Assembly (NCBI GenBank): GCA_965208575.1
Contig: CBDBOV010000002.1
Span: 192,001-256,000, forward strand
DNA from: Spirochaetia bacterium
Lineage (GTDB): Bacteria > Spirochaetota > Spirochaetia > SZUA-6 > Bin103
Reading direction: 5' to 3'
Length of the DNA stretch: 64,000 nucleotides
Shown here one piece after another: positions 48,060 through 58,612 of the stretch. The notes under the pieces were generated by a model. It had not been told where the DNA came from. It ran no database searches and was given only the letters and a program-made list of their open reading frames with translations. Made by a program: the position numbers and the translations under genes. Positions within the stretch are counted from its first letter, which is position 1. Each line of letters begins with the position of its first letter.

Positions 48060-49694
48060 TCAAATCGACGGGTCGGGCGGGTCGGGTGGCCGCTCGGCGA
48101 GAAAGGTGCGGCAGTTGGCGCGCGAGGGACCGTCTTCGCCGATGCCGTCGCAGATGGCCAGCACCTCGGAGCGGATGCGCGCCATGCTCGGGGCGCGGAC
48201 GCCGCCGGCATCCCACGCCCGCAGGTAATTCTCCAGGCGGCGCATGTAGCGGGTGGTGCGCAGGAAGAATGCATCCTTCGCCCTGCCCGCCTCCCGGAAC
48301 AGGGCGATGGTCGTATCCTCGATGCGCGCCTCGGCGTCGGGCGTAAGCTGTGCGAGCACGTGCACGTAGGCGGTGCCGCGCTCGAACCGGGTCGCCGGGC
48401 CGTGCGCCTCCCGCCAGGCGCGCTCCGCCCAGGACAGCGCCTCGTCCGCAAGCCCCTGCCACTGCGCCCAGCGGGCGAGCGCCAGCATGATGTAGTCGGG
48501 CCACTGCGAGCGCTCCACTTCCCTGGTCATGTAGTCGTATGCCTCGTCGTACAGGCCGGCCATGGACAACGCGCCGTACGCGACCGAGAACAGGTTCATG
48601 CGTGCAAACGGGTCGTCGGTGGCGCTGTCCGCCTCGCGCACCGCCTCGTGCACCGCCCGCACCAGCCCGGCGGGCGGCGCGTGGCCGGGTTGCCGGGTCG
48701 TGAACAGGCAGAGGGCGCCGTAGAACGTGCCGACCCGGGAGATTGCCGATGTCTCGGGATCGTTGCGCACGGCGGCGAGCGCCGCTTCCCATGCCGCCGC
48801 CAGCGCTTCGCTGCCGGGGTCCGCAGCGTCGGCGGGGCCGGCGACCAGCGCGTAGATCCAGTGCGCGCCGTACACGACGTTGATGAAATTGGCCTCGATC
48901 AGCGCCGGGTCGGCCAGAATCTCGCGCAGGCGCGTGCGCGCCCAATGCCGTTCCTCGCCGGTCAACGCCGAGGTCCGCCCCTGCGCCGAGTCGGCCACGG
49001 CGCGGGCGCCGAGGTACGCCATGAACAGGCGCGACTGCTCGGCCGCCAGGCGGGGCGGGTAGGCGGCTTGCAGGGACCTCAGGGCAGCCGGCAACCGCGG
49101 CGCGGGAACCAGCCGCTCCTGGTCCTGGCTCCATGAGTAGTAGGCGAGCAGGCGCAGGTCGGAGTCGGTGGCTTCGCCGCCCAGCACCGCGGCGTAGGCG
49201 GCGGATGCCGGCTGGCTGGCGGCCAGCGCGGCGTCGAGCGCGCGCACATACGCTGCCGTCTCCATGGTGGTGGAGATGCGGGTGATCTCCTCCCGGTCGG
49301 ACGACAGCACGACCACGGTGGGGTAGCCATAGACGTCGAATTGCTCGCCGAGCCGCTGCGCACCCGGCAGATCGCCGTCCAGGTCTACCGCCACGAACTG
49401 CCTGGTACGGTCGACGAACTCCGGCTGGCGGAACACCGTCGCCTTGAGCCGGCTGCACGGCGGACACCAGTCGGCGCCCCAGTACAGCAGCACCGGCTTG
49501 CGTTCCGCCCGCGCCGCCGCGAACGCCGAGTCGACATCCCCGCCATGCCAGAGTATCCGGTCATGAGCGGCGCCGGCGACCGACTGCGATGCCGAGTGCC
49601 GGGCCGGCAAGACGCCGGCCAACGAGTCGGGCGTCCGCCCGCCACATCCAGTCAGCCCGACACCGATCAGGGCGAGCCACACCGCGGCAGTCAT
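48060..49694 (-). CDS. Thioredoxin-fold lipoprotein with a helical C-terminus
   Basis: Lipobox LTGC; KPVLLYWGADWCPPC; cis-Pro motif YGYPT. Confidence 0.82.
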   Translation of the reverse strand: MTAAVWLALIGVGLTGCGGRTPDSLAGVLPARHSASQSVAGAAHDRILWHGGDVDSAFAAARAERKPVLLYWGADWCPPCSRLKATVFRQPEFVDRTRQFVAVDLDGDLPGAQRLGEQFDVYGYPTVVVLSSDREEITRISTTMETAAYVRALDAALAASQPASAAYAAVLGGEATDSDLRLLAYYSWSQDQERLVPAPRLPAALRSLQAAYPPRLAAEQSRLFMAYLGARAVADSAQGRTSALTGEERHWARTRLREILADPALIEANFINVVYGAHWIYALVAGPADAADPGSEALAAAWEAALAAVRNDPETSAISRVGTFYGALCLFTTRQPGHAPPAGLVRAVHEAVREADSATDDPFARMNLFSVAYGALSMAGLYDEAYDYMTREVERSQWPDYIMLALARWAQWQGLADEALSWAERAWREAHGPATRFERGTAYVHVLAQLTPDAEARIEDTTIALFREAGRAKDAFFLRTTRYMRRLENYLRAWDAGGVRAPSMARIRSEVLAICDGIGEDGPSRANCRTFLAERPPDPPDPSI

Positions 49695-50027
49695 GGCCAC
49701 TCCGTGCAACCGGACGCCGTGGACACCGGGGTACAGAGATCGTCCATCCGACACGACTCCCGAACTAGCCGCATGCGATCGGATGTTGGCGCTCGATCCG
49801 ACCATGGGCTTCCAGGCTACACTGCGCGGGTGTCGTTGGCAAATCGGTAGGCCGGTACGGGCGGGGAGTCTGTCCCTTATGCGGTTCGCCCCGGAGGTGC
49901 ACACGGGAGTGAAGTCGCCAAGTTCTCGTTGGTTAGATTGATCGTGATGCGTTCCGCGTATCGTGAGCCACTCACTGCACGAGATTGGTGTCGCCCGTGC
50001 AAATCGAGCGTGCAGAAAAGGATGCCG

Positions 50028-52505
50028 CTACTTCGTCGTGGTCGCTCGCGTGCCTGACAAGGGACTCCGCGCATTGGAGGTCGGCCGAAGGCCCCAGCGA
50101 TGCTTACGCGGGTCAGTGTCCACTATCACGGGGATAATTGCCAACGCTTGTGCCCGTTCTTCATCGTCTTTCTGCAGTCGAGTTTTCCTGGAAGCTACAA
50201 GGCTCTCGGATGCCATGTCTAGGCGTACTGCGTAGTCGAGTCTCAGGATTTGTGTCGCGACATGTTGCGCACTTGCTGTCATGATGCCGCAAGAAGTAGT
50301 CTTTGCGGCGTTCACGCACATCGGAACCAGTCCTCCGAAGAAATCCAATATGCGAACTTTCGTACCCGTGCCCAAGTGCTTACCGGATCTGCAGAAAGAC
50401 TCGCACTGCTCCCCGATACGGCTCAGGAGTTCCTCGAGTAACCGCTCGCGTACTGCATCTGCACCGCGCCTGAGCGCGTCTTTGAGTGCTGCTTCGGTGT
50501 CAGGGAGACCTGCCTGTAGTTCCGCCATGAGCGCCCGGGTCTTCGCAGGATGAACGCGTGTTGACTCTTGCTCTTCTCCCCAATTGACGACCTTTTCGAT
50601 GCACAACGTGCATTGTTTGCCATGTTCGAGAGATTGCTCACGAATTGATCCTAGTATATCTCTCGACCACCTGACAGCTAGTGATTCTTCCAACCGTATC
50701 GCAAACTCGTTGGGTATGTCGATTTTCCGTGCAGAACCTGTGACAAACGTGCCTCCTCGGCGCACCGCCGCTCGTAGCGTGGCCCAATGTGCGACGCCTA
50801 GATCGCGGAGGTATCTCACGATCGTAGTCTGAGCTTGCTCGCTAGCCTGCCGAACAACCTGAACAATGAGCTCGGGAATCTCTCGCTGGAGAAAGTGCCG
50901 GAACGACTCTTGGTGGGATCGAAGTAACCTCCTTGGTCCAGACTTGTCGTCCAGAAACCGATCGAGATCTCGGCGCAGCTTCTTGATGGCTCGTTTGGAG
51001 CGGCCGCGATCTGAGCACTCCAAGCGAATCATCTCGACGCTCCGCAAGACACGTTCGACGAATTGGTCGGATGCTTCCACAATACGAGCACGCAGAATAT
51101 CCTCCTGCCTCTGTACCAAACGAGAAAGATCTTCCCTCAAGTCCGGGATACCCGATTGAGCCGCATCTTGAATACGAGCTGGGTCTGTCGCGTCGCTAAA
51201 CTGGAATTTCCGGAACTCCTCAGCCGATACTACATGGACGGACATCCCTTCCGTGAGGTTACTAAGCGTGGAGACGGCATCGGGGTTGTCCACGGACTGG
51301 CGCAATTGAAGCGCTACTTCACTTTGTATCCGGGTTGTCATTTCAGCCTGTAGCGAAGCGAAATGCTCAACCCACTGACGTGCGGTTTCGGGATCGTCGT
51401 CGCGCTCTTCTCGCCAAGCGTCGTTTGCCGACAGATCGATTTTGACGGCGATAACAAAGAGCTGCACGGGATCCACGGATGGATCATCTGCTGCGTGCGC
51501 CAGTCGACTGAAGAATCCGCTAGAGCGCAGCAGGGCCGCGCTCTCCTGGGTGATCCCCGACCGATCCACGACCAGGACTACGGCCTTTGCTCGTTCGCGT
51601 ACCCAAGTCTGCGTCACCCTGCGGTATTGATCATTCGAGATTCCGAGCCCGGGGAGATCGACGACGGTCAAGCCGGTTCGCAGCAACTCAGAGCCAAAGC
51701 CGACTTCCAACGTGTCTACCAACGGGGAGAGGTGGCCCGAGGCGTGAAACTTGAGGGTTTGGCGAACGTCGCTGCTACTACCGGATGCGCGAAATTGAGT
51801 GCCGACCCGGGCGAGTGCGACCGCTCGGCTGAGACGCTCGACACGCGGCGCATCGCGAGCTTCAAGTTCGTACCCAAAACGAGGTTTCATCTTCAGGGCA
51901 ACGCGGATGCAGTCGACAAGGTACGGGACGTCGTTCAGCGCTGCCGGAGATCCACGGACCAATAGACTGGCAGTCCTGATCTGGCTTTCCAAACGGGGGG
52001 ATCCTCCGTGCTTGGCCGCATCTTCGACATCATCTATGGCTTCCCTCTGGAATCGAAGATCGGTGCCGTCAATATCGCTCTGACTGTCGACATCCGGATG
52101 GCCGTTGCTCTGCTGACTCGCCAAGTAGCGCTCGAGAAGTTGCCTGAGCTGATCCAGCTTGTCAGTTGAAAGGTAGGTAGCGCTGAAGTAATGCTCTTGT
52201 GCGTACCGGACACAGGTTGCTTGAGCGGTAAGAGGGCCGATTCCTCCTTGTGGCAGGACCGATCTTCTGTCGGCTATAAGCGTGTTCACGAGAGTGCTCT
52301 TACCCACGCCAGAGTGGCCGAGAAAACAAACAGCGCACTCCTCGCCTACGCGCGCCTTGAGCGTCTCGATACGCTCCATATTGTCATTCAAGCTCGCCAA
52401 CCGCTGCGGCGAGAATCTCTGCATGAACACTTGAACCCGCGTCCGGTACCACTCCGCGACCCGCTCGGCTTGCAGCGGACTATTGACATGCGCATTCGAC
52501 GACAT
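50028..52505 (-). CDS. Bacterial dynamin-like GTPase
   Basis: G1 GHSGVGKSTLVN, G2 PLTA, G3 VVDLPGLG, G4-like VKID; long helical C-terminus; lower GC. Confidence 0.82.
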   Translation of the reverse strand: MSSNAHVNSPLQAERVAEWYRTRVQVFMQRFSPQRLASLNDNMERIETLKARVGEECAVCFLGHSGVGKSTLVNTLIADRRSVLPQGGIGPLTAQATCVRYAQEHYFSATYLSTDKLDQLRQLLERYLASQQSNGHPDVDSQSDIDGTDLRFQREAIDDVEDAAKHGGSPRLESQIRTASLLVRGSPAALNDVPYLVDCIRVALKMKPRFGYELEARDAPRVERLSRAVALARVGTQFRASGSSSDVRQTLKFHASGHLSPLVDTLEVGFGSELLRTGLTVVDLPGLGISNDQYRRVTQTWVRERAKAVVLVVDRSGITQESAALLRSSGFFSRLAHAADDPSVDPVQLFVIAVKIDLSANDAWREERDDDPETARQWVEHFASLQAEMTTRIQSEVALQLRQSVDNPDAVSTLSNLTEGMSVHVVSAEEFRKFQFSDATDPARIQDAAQSGIPDLREDLSRLVQRQEDILRARIVEASDQFVERVLRSVEMIRLECSDRGRSKRAIKKLRRDLDRFLDDKSGPRRLLRSHQESFRHFLQREIPELIVQVVRQASEQAQTTIVRYLRDLGVAHWATLRAAVRRGGTFVTGSARKIDIPNEFAIRLEESLAVRWSRDILGSIREQSLEHGKQCTLCIEKVVNWGEEQESTRVHPAKTRALMAELQAGLPDTEAALKDALRRGADAVRERLLEELLSRIGEQCESFCRSGKHLGTGTKVRILDFFGGLVPMCVNAAKTTSCGIMTASAQHVATQILRLDYAVRLDMASESLVASRKTRLQKDDEERAQALAIIPVIVDTDPRKHRWGLRPTSNARSPLSGTRATTTK

Positions 52506-52769
52506 TCCGCCGCCATACTGGACAGGTAGCCCGGTACGCGTCAAGAGGTGGAACAACGCGGAACTGATAGCGGAAACCTGCCTGGTGGAATCGTGTCCGC
52601 AGCCGTATCCGGATCTCTCGCGGTCTGAACGGTGGCGAGCGCAACGAACCCGGCCCGCTGGCGGGCAACCCGCCGGCGAACGCCCATCGCGCATGCGGAT
52701 TCGGGCCGCGGTGTAGAGCGCTCGCGATGACCGGGCGGATGGGTGTGGACCTCAAGTCATGGCGCTGAC

Positions 52770-53549
52770 TCAGCGACCAGGATTGTCATAACTCCCGGTC
52801 GGCCTTGTTTGTTCGAAGGCGCCGCTGTGGCGCAGCAGGCTGGCGGCGTGCGGCTGGGAGGCGAGGTAGTAGTGGGCGGTGAGGAGCAGCCGCTGCGCGG
52901 CGGTGGGCTGCCAGTGGCGCGCCTCGCGCGGCAGTCGTTCGCGCAGGTGGGCGAGCACCACGGCGGCGGCGACGCTGACGTTGAGGCTGCGGCTGAAGCC
53001 GTGCATCGGCACGGTAACGAGTTCGTCCGCCTCGGCGGCGAGGAGTTCGCTCACGCCGCGGTGCTCGTTGCCGAATGCGATGGCGACCGGCGTGCCGAGG
53101 TCGAGGTCGGCGAGTGCGATGCTGCGGCCGCCCGGCATGGTGGCGGCGATGCGGTAGCCGGCGGCGCGCAGGCCGGCCACGCAGGCAGCCGGACTGTCCC
53201 AGGAACGGGTCAGCAGCCACTTCTCGGCGCCCTGCGTTACCCGGTTGGGCGGCCGCTCGCGGCTTGCGGTCGCGGCCGGCACCAGGTGGATGCCGCCGTA
53301 CCCCAGCGCCTCCACGCTGCGCAGGACGGCGGCGATGTTGCCGGCGTCGGCGACCTGCTCCAGGATCGGCGCCACGGCAAAGGTGCGCGCGGCGACCACC
53401 TGCTCGATGCGCCGCCGGCGCGCGGCGGTGAGGGTGGGGCCCACGGTGGCCACCACCTCGGCCGCGGTGACGGTGTGGCCGTCAACCGACAACGGATCGC
53501 TCAGCGGAAACGGCCACGGTGGATGCGCGGGCGGCTTCGGTTCAGCCAT
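52770..53549 (-). CDS. TrmH/SpoU-family RNA methyltransferase
   Basis: GNIAAVLRSVEALG, QGAEKWL, FGNEHRGVS, VPMHGFSRSLNVSVA. Confidence 0.92.
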   Translation of the reverse strand: MAEPKPPAHPPWPFPLSDPLSVDGHTVTAAEVVATVGPTLTAARRRRIEQVVAARTFAVAPILEQVADAGNIAAVLRSVEALGYGGIHLVPAATASRERPPNRVTQGAEKWLLTRSWDSPAACVAGLRAAGYRIAATMPGGRSIALADLDLGTPVAIAFGNEHRGVSELLAAEADELVTVPMHGFSRSLNVSVAAAVVLAHLRERLPREARHWQPTAAQRLLLTAHYYLASQPHAASLLRHSGAFEQTRPTGSYDNPGR

Positions 53550-53563
53550 CGCGACGCTGCACT

Positions 53564-53915
53564 GGACCCGGTACGGGTGATTGGCCCTGCGATACGGAGT
53601 CGAGAGCACAAGCGCGCCGCATCAGCACGGTTGCGGTGCCTTGGACCCGATGCGAGTGATCTCGTCCCGCGGTACGGAGAGGCGGGCACAGGTGCGGCGT
53701 ACGAGCGCGGTCACGAGGCCCGGGACCCGATGCGAGTGATCTCGTCCTGCGGTACGGAGGGGAGGTGCCCAGACGCGACGCATGGGCGCGGTCAGGAAGC
53801 CTCGGACGCGATGCGCGTGATTTCGTCCTGCGGTACGGAGGAGAGGTACCCAGAAGCGACACATGAGCGCGGTCAGGAAGCCTCGGACGCGATGCGAGTG
53901 ATCTCGTCCTGAGGG
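53564..53915. repeat. Five ~80-bp tandem units copied from the 3' end of the neighbouring gene
   Basis: GGAC(C/G)CGATGCGAGTGATCTCGTCC starts at 53564 (degenerate), 53643, 53723, 53804 and 53885 (periods 79, 80, 81, 81). Confidence 0.88.
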
Positions 53916-54904
53916 TAGGCCGGCAGCGGCCTGGTTCCGTCCGCGTGGCGGATGGTGACGCCGCCGCCGCGGTGTGCGGCGCCGATCACGGCGGCGGGGA
54001 TGCCTGCGGTGCGCAGCGCCTGTACCGCGCGGCCGGCTTCCTCCGCGGCGGCGCTGAACAGCAGCGCGCCGGAGGCGAGCAGGCCGAGCGGATCGATGCG
54101 CAGCGCCCGGCACAGGCGCCGCGTCGCTTCCCGTACCGGCAGCGCCGCGGCGTCGATCTCGATGCCCGCCCCGGAACAGGACGCGAGCTCGTGCAGGCCC
54201 TGGGCGACGCCGCCCTCGGTGGGATCGTGGGCGGCGTGGATCGCGAACGCGCGCAGGATACGGCCCTCCGCCACCACGCTGATGCCCGGTTCGTCGAGCC
54301 AGCGGGCCGCGGCGGCGTGCTGGTCGCCGAGCAGGGCGGCCGCGTCGGCGCGTTCGCGTGCGAGCAGGGTGGTGCCCTCGAGTGCCACCCACTTGGTGAG
54401 CACGATGGCGTCGCCCGGACGCATCCGTGCGCTCGACCATGGCTCGCCTTCCAGCACCCCGACCGCGGCGGCGGCCACCACCGGCCGGGTCACCGCGCCG
54501 GTGATCTCGGTGTGGCCGCCCACCCACGCGCACCTGGCCGCGCACGTGGCCGCCGCGAGCTCCGCGAACAGTTCCTGCAGCGCGCCGCGGGTGGTGCCGG
54601 GCGGCAGCAGAACGGTGGTGGTGAGGTAGCGCGGCTCGGCGCCCATCGCCACCAGGTCGTTGCAGTTGACCGCCACCGCGTAACGGCCGATCGCGGCGCC
54701 GGCCAGCGTGATCGGATCGCCGGTCATCACCAGGCGCGGCGCCCCGGTGACCACGGCCGCGTCTTCTCCGATGGCGGCGCCGATCAGCACGTCCGGGCGC
54801 CCGCCGCCGGCGCCGGGGAGCAGGCCGGCGAGCAGCGCCGCGTCGATCTTGCCCTCCGGCAGCGCCGGCTCCCGCCCCGGCGCCGGGCCACTCAACCTGT
54901 CCAT
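53873..54904 (-). CDS. AIR synthase / HypE-like family protein
   Basis: LPEGKI, IGEDAAV, DPIT, VNCNDL..MGA.P, GGHTEIT, HDPTEGG, DPLGLLASG, DEI.R. Confidence 0.88.
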   Translation of the reverse strand: MDRLSGPAPGREPALPEGKIDAALLAGLLPGAGGGRPDVLIGAAIGEDAAVVTGAPRLVMTGDPITLAGAAIGRYAVAVNCNDLVAMGAEPRYLTTTVLLPPGTTRGALQELFAELAAATCAARCAWVGGHTEITGAVTRPVVAAAAVGVLEGEPWSSARMRPGDAIVLTKWVALEGTTLLARERADAAALLGDQHAAAARWLDEPGISVVAEGRILRAFAIHAAHDPTEGGVAQGLHELASCSGAGIEIDAAALPVREATRRLCRALRIDPLGLLASGALLFSAAAEEAGRAVQALRTAGIPAAVIGAAHRGGGVTIRHADGTRPLPAYPQDEITRIASEAS

Positions 54905-54998
54905 GCCCCATTGGTGGCACAAACCGCCGGCAGCGCAACCCGGCGCCGCGGGCGGCTGCCCCGAAGCGGCACGGAGCGAACGCCGTTGTCTATGCTGT

Positions 54999-56933
54999 AT
55001 GGACCATGTTGCACCGGGTGGCACCGAGCCGCTCGCCGCCGACCGGCGCGCCGCCGGCAGCCGGATTCCCGATGCGCCCGTACGGCCGCTGCGTGACAGG
55101 GAAGCCGATGAAAACGGATACTCAAGCATCGCCCGCCGGCAGGTGGTTCCTGACCATGGCAGCCCGGCGGCGGCCGCGGACCATCCCGTCGTCCCCGATC
55201 CGATCAACGAGCTGGCCCGGCGCCGCCTGGGGATCTCCTACCTGTTCCCGTACCAGCGGCTGGTAGTCGCCAACCTGCTGGAAGGGCGCCACCAGATCGT
55301 GGTGCTGCCGACTGGCGCGGGCAAGTCGGTGTGCTTCATGTTCCCGGCCGTGGTGCTGGAGGGGGTCACCCTGGTCGTGCTGCCGCTGCTGGCGCTGCTG
55401 GAGGACCTGTACCGCCGCATGACCGCGGCCGGTTTGTCGGTGGTGGTGCTGCGCGGCGGGCAGACCCGCGCCGAGCGCGCCGCCGTCCTGCGGCGGGTGG
55501 CGAGCCGCGAGGCACGGCTGGTGCTGGTGACCCCGGAGGCGGCGCTTGGCGAGCGGTTGCTGGCGGCGCTGGCGGACGCCGGCGCGATCGAGCACCTGGT
55601 GGTGGATGAAGCGCACTGCATCAGCCAATGGGGCGACACCTTCCGGCCCACCTACCTGCGCCTGAACGAGCTGGTGCAGGCGCTGCGCCCACGCGTGGTG
55701 AGCGCCTTCACCGCCACCGCGACCCCGGCGGTGCTGAAGCGCGTACGCGAGGTGCTGTACCCGGACGGCGGCGCGCACCTGGTCGCGGGCAACCCCGACC
55801 GCCCCAACATCCGCTACGCGGTGGCCCCCACGGCCGGCCCGCTGCACTGCCTCGCCGAGCTGGTGGCGGCGTGCCCGCGGCCGTTGATCGTGTTCGCGCG
55901 CAGCCGCCGCGGCGTGGAGGAGATCTGCTGGCAGCTCCGGCGCCGCCTGCCGCGGGTGAGCTGCCGGTTCTACCACGCCGGCCTGAACGCCGCCGAGCGC
56001 AAGCGCCTGGAGGCGTGGTTCCTGACCAGCCGCGACGGCGCCCTGATCGCCACCTCGGCATACGGCATGGGCGTCGACAAGCCCGACATCCGCACCGTCG
56101 TGCACCGCGAGATGCCGGAGTCGGTGGAGGCGTACCTGCAGGAGACCGGCCGCGCCGGGCGGGACGGCAAGCCGTCGCAGGCCATCCTGCTGTGGTACCG
56201 GCCGGACGCCGCCCGCGCCCCGGGGCGGGATCGCCGCCTGCCGTGGAAGGCGCTGTGCACGGTGACGCCGGCAAGCGCACACCTGGCAGCCCGGCGCGCG
56301 GCGCACCCGGTGATACGCCGCCTGCGCCGGCCGCCGCGCCGTACCGGAGCGCCCGTTGCGGCACCGGCCACCGAGGCAGCTCCCGCCGCCCGCGCCGGTT
56401 CGGATGGCGCCGGGTCCGATGGCCACGCGTCCGAGCGCGCCGCTCTGAGCGGCTACGCGGCGAACGCCACGACCTGCCGGCGCGCCCAGTTGCTGCGCTT
56501 CTTCGAGCGCGACGATGTCCCGTGCAGCGGCTGCGACGTGTGCGACGGAGAGGTGGCCGCGCTGGCGGTGGCGGAACAGGAGATGCTGCGGGCACTGCGG
56601 CGCGGGTCGCGCCGCTTCACGCCGCGGCAGTGGCGGCACATCCTGGCCGGCGGACGGTCGCACGCAATCGAGGCCGGCGGGCTGTACCGCGCGCCCGGAT
56701 TCGGCGTGCTGGCGGGATGGCATCCGGAGGAGATCGAGGATGCCTGCGCCGCCCTCGTCGCGGCGCGGCTGGCGCGCATTCCGGCGCGCGGGCCGTGGCG
56801 CGGACTCCTGGTAACGGTCCGGCGTCCGCGGCATGTGCGTGCGCCCGCCGCGGCGCCGCCGGCCCCGGCCGGTACGGCATCCGCCGCCGGCCAGCCGCCG
56901 CCCGCGCCCGGATCGCACGTTCCGATCATTTGA
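54999..56933 (+). CDS. recQ: RecQ-family ATP-dependent DNA helicase
   Basis: LPTGAGKS, VVDEAHCISQWG..FRP.Y, FTATA, YHAGL, YGMGVDKPDIR, QETGRAGRDG, and Zn motif CRR...CSGCDVC. The start is uncertain. Confidence 0.9.
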   Translation: MDHVAPGGTEPLAADRRAAGSRIPDAPVRPLRDREADENGYSSIARRQVVPDHGSPAAAADHPVVPDPINELARRRLGISYLFPYQRLVVANLLEGRHQIVVLPTGAGKSVCFMFPAVVLEGVTLVVLPLLALLEDLYRRMTAAGLSVVVLRGGQTRAERAAVLRRVASREARLVLVTPEAALGERLLAALADAGAIEHLVVDEAHCISQWGDTFRPTYLRLNELVQALRPRVVSAFTATATPAVLKRVREVLYPDGGAHLVAGNPDRPNIRYAVAPTAGPLHCLAELVAACPRPLIVFARSRRGVEEICWQLRRRLPRVSCRFYHAGLNAAERKRLEAWFLTSRDGALIATSAYGMGVDKPDIRTVVHREMPESVEAYLQETGRAGRDGKPSQAILLWYRPDAARAPGRDRRLPWKALCTVTPASAHLAARRAAHPVIRRLRRPPRRTGAPVAAPATEAAPAARAGSDGAGSDGHASERAALSGYAANATTCRRAQLLRFFERDDVPCSGCDVCDGEVAALAVAEQEMLRALRRGSRRFTPRQWRHILAGGRSHAIEAGGLYRAPGFGVLAGWHPEEIEDACAALVAARLARIPARGPWRGLLVTVRRPRHVRAPAAAPPAPAGTASAAGQPPPAPGSHVPII

Positions 56934-57058
56934 CACCGGACGGCGTGCGTCGCTACAATCGCCTCATTCTGCCTCTTGGATAGGACGTACTTGCTTACGG
57001 TATATAAACTTGCATGTTGTCGTACGAGTCCTCGCGAGGACCGGTGGGGAGCGGCGCG

Positions 57059-58603
57059 ATGAGTGATGCGCTCGAACGGCGCCGCACAACGCGGCAGAAG
57101 ATGCTCGAAGCGGGCGGGCAGGCGCGCGTCGACGCCCAGCACGCCAAGGGCAAGCTGACCGCCCGCGAACGCCTCGACCTGCTGCTCGACGAGCACTCGT
57201 TCATCGAACAGCAGCCGTACGTCATGGTGCGCGCCACCGACTTCGGCCTCGACCGCCGGCGCACCCTCGGCGACGGCGTGGTGAGCGGCAGCGGCATGCT
57301 TGGCGGGCGGCAGGTATTCGCGGCCGCACAAGACTTTACCGTGAACGGCGGCTCGCTCGGCGAGATGCACGCCGCGCGCATCGTCGCGGCCCAGAACGAT
57401 GCCCTGAACAACCGCGTGCCGTTCATCCAGATCAACGACTCCGGCGGCGCGCGCATCCAGGAGGGCGTGCTGTCCCTGAACGGCTACGCGCAGATCTTCC
57501 GTGCCAACACCGCGTCCTCCGGCGTCATCCCGCAGATCTCCGTGATCCTCGGACCGTGTGCGGGCGGCGCGGTGTATTCGCCGGCGATCACCGACTTCAT
57601 CTTCATGGTGGACGGGGTGAGCAACATGTTCATTACCGGACCGCAGGTGATCGCCACGGTGACCGGCGAGAAGATCAGCTCCGAGGACCTCGGCGGCTCG
57701 GCGGCGCACTGCAGCCGCAGCGGCGTGGCCCACTTCCGTTACGCCACCGAGCAGGAGTGCTTGCAGGGGGTACGCACGCTGCTCGGCTACCTGCCGGCGC
57801 ACAACGGCGAGGATCCGCCGCTCGCGGGGAGCGGCGACGACGTGGACCGCCCGACGCCGGAGCTGCTCGACCTGGTGCCGGAGGACGCGCGCCGCGGCTA
57901 CGACGTGAAGCAGGTGATCGCGGCACTTGCCGACCAGGGCAGCTTTTTCGAGGTGCACGCCGAGTACGCGCCCAACGTGGTGGTGGGGTTCGCCCGCCTG
58001 GCGGGCCGCACCGTGGGGTTCTTCGCCAACCAGCCGCAGGTGTACGCCGCGTCCCTGGACATCAACTCGTCGGACAAGGGCGCCCGCTTTCTGCGATTCT
58101 GCGACGCTTTCAACGTGCCGATCGTCTCCCTGGTCGACGTACCGGGCTTCCTGCCGGGCGTGGCCCAGGAGCATGGCGGCATCATCCGCCACGGCGCCAA
58201 GATCCTGTTCGCCATCGCCGAGGCGACGGTGCCCAAGGTAGCGCTGATCCTGCGCAAGGCGTACGGCGGTGCGTTTATCGCCATGGCCTGCAAGTCGCTC
58301 GGCTACGACCGTACGCTCGCCCTGCCGGGCGCCGAGGTGGCGGTGATGGGCGCCGCGGGGGCGGCCAACATCATCTTCTCGCGCGACATCAAGGCGGCGG
58401 ACGACCCGGCCGAGATGCGTGCGCAGAAGATCGCCGAGTTTCAGGAGAGCGTGATGAATCCGTACCTCGCCGCCGGGCTCGGATTGGTCGACGACGTGAT
58501 CGATCCGGCCGCGGCGCGTGCCGAGTTGATACGCTCGATCGAGATGTACTCCCGCAAGCGGGAGTCGCGGCCGGCCAGGAAGCATGGCAACATCCCGCTG
58601 TAG
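57059..58603 (+). CDS. mmdA: Carboxyltransferase (methylmalonyl-CoA decarboxylase alpha-like)
   Basis: QHAKGKLTARER, DSGGARIQEG, GPCAGGAVYSPA, DVPGFLPG, RKAYGGA, KHGNIPL. Confidence 0.88.
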   Translation: MSDALERRRTTRQKMLEAGGQARVDAQHAKGKLTARERLDLLLDEHSFIEQQPYVMVRATDFGLDRRRTLGDGVVSGSGMLGGRQVFAAAQDFTVNGGSLGEMHAARIVAAQNDALNNRVPFIQINDSGGARIQEGVLSLNGYAQIFRANTASSGVIPQISVILGPCAGGAVYSPAITDFIFMVDGVSNMFITGPQVIATVTGEKISSEDLGGSAAHCSRSGVAHFRYATEQECLQGVRTLLGYLPAHNGEDPPLAGSGDDVDRPTPELLDLVPEDARRGYDVKQVIAALADQGSFFEVHAEYAPNVVVGFARLAGRTVGFFANQPQVYAASLDINSSDKGARFLRFCDAFNVPIVSLVDVPGFLPGVAQEHGGIIRHGAKILFAIAEATVPKVALILRKAYGGAFIAMACKSLGYDRTLALPGAEVAVMGAAGAANIIFSRDIKAADDPAEMRAQKIAEFQESVMNPYLAAGLGLVDDVIDPAAARAELIRSIEMYSRKRESRPARKHGNIPL

Positions 58604-58612
58604 GTTGCGCTG

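Noticed and set aside
53564-53915. Possible CRISPR array (~37-bp conserved part plus ~43-bp variable part)
   Set aside because: The spacers resemble each other, the repeat is coding sequence of the adjacent gene, and no cas genes are present.
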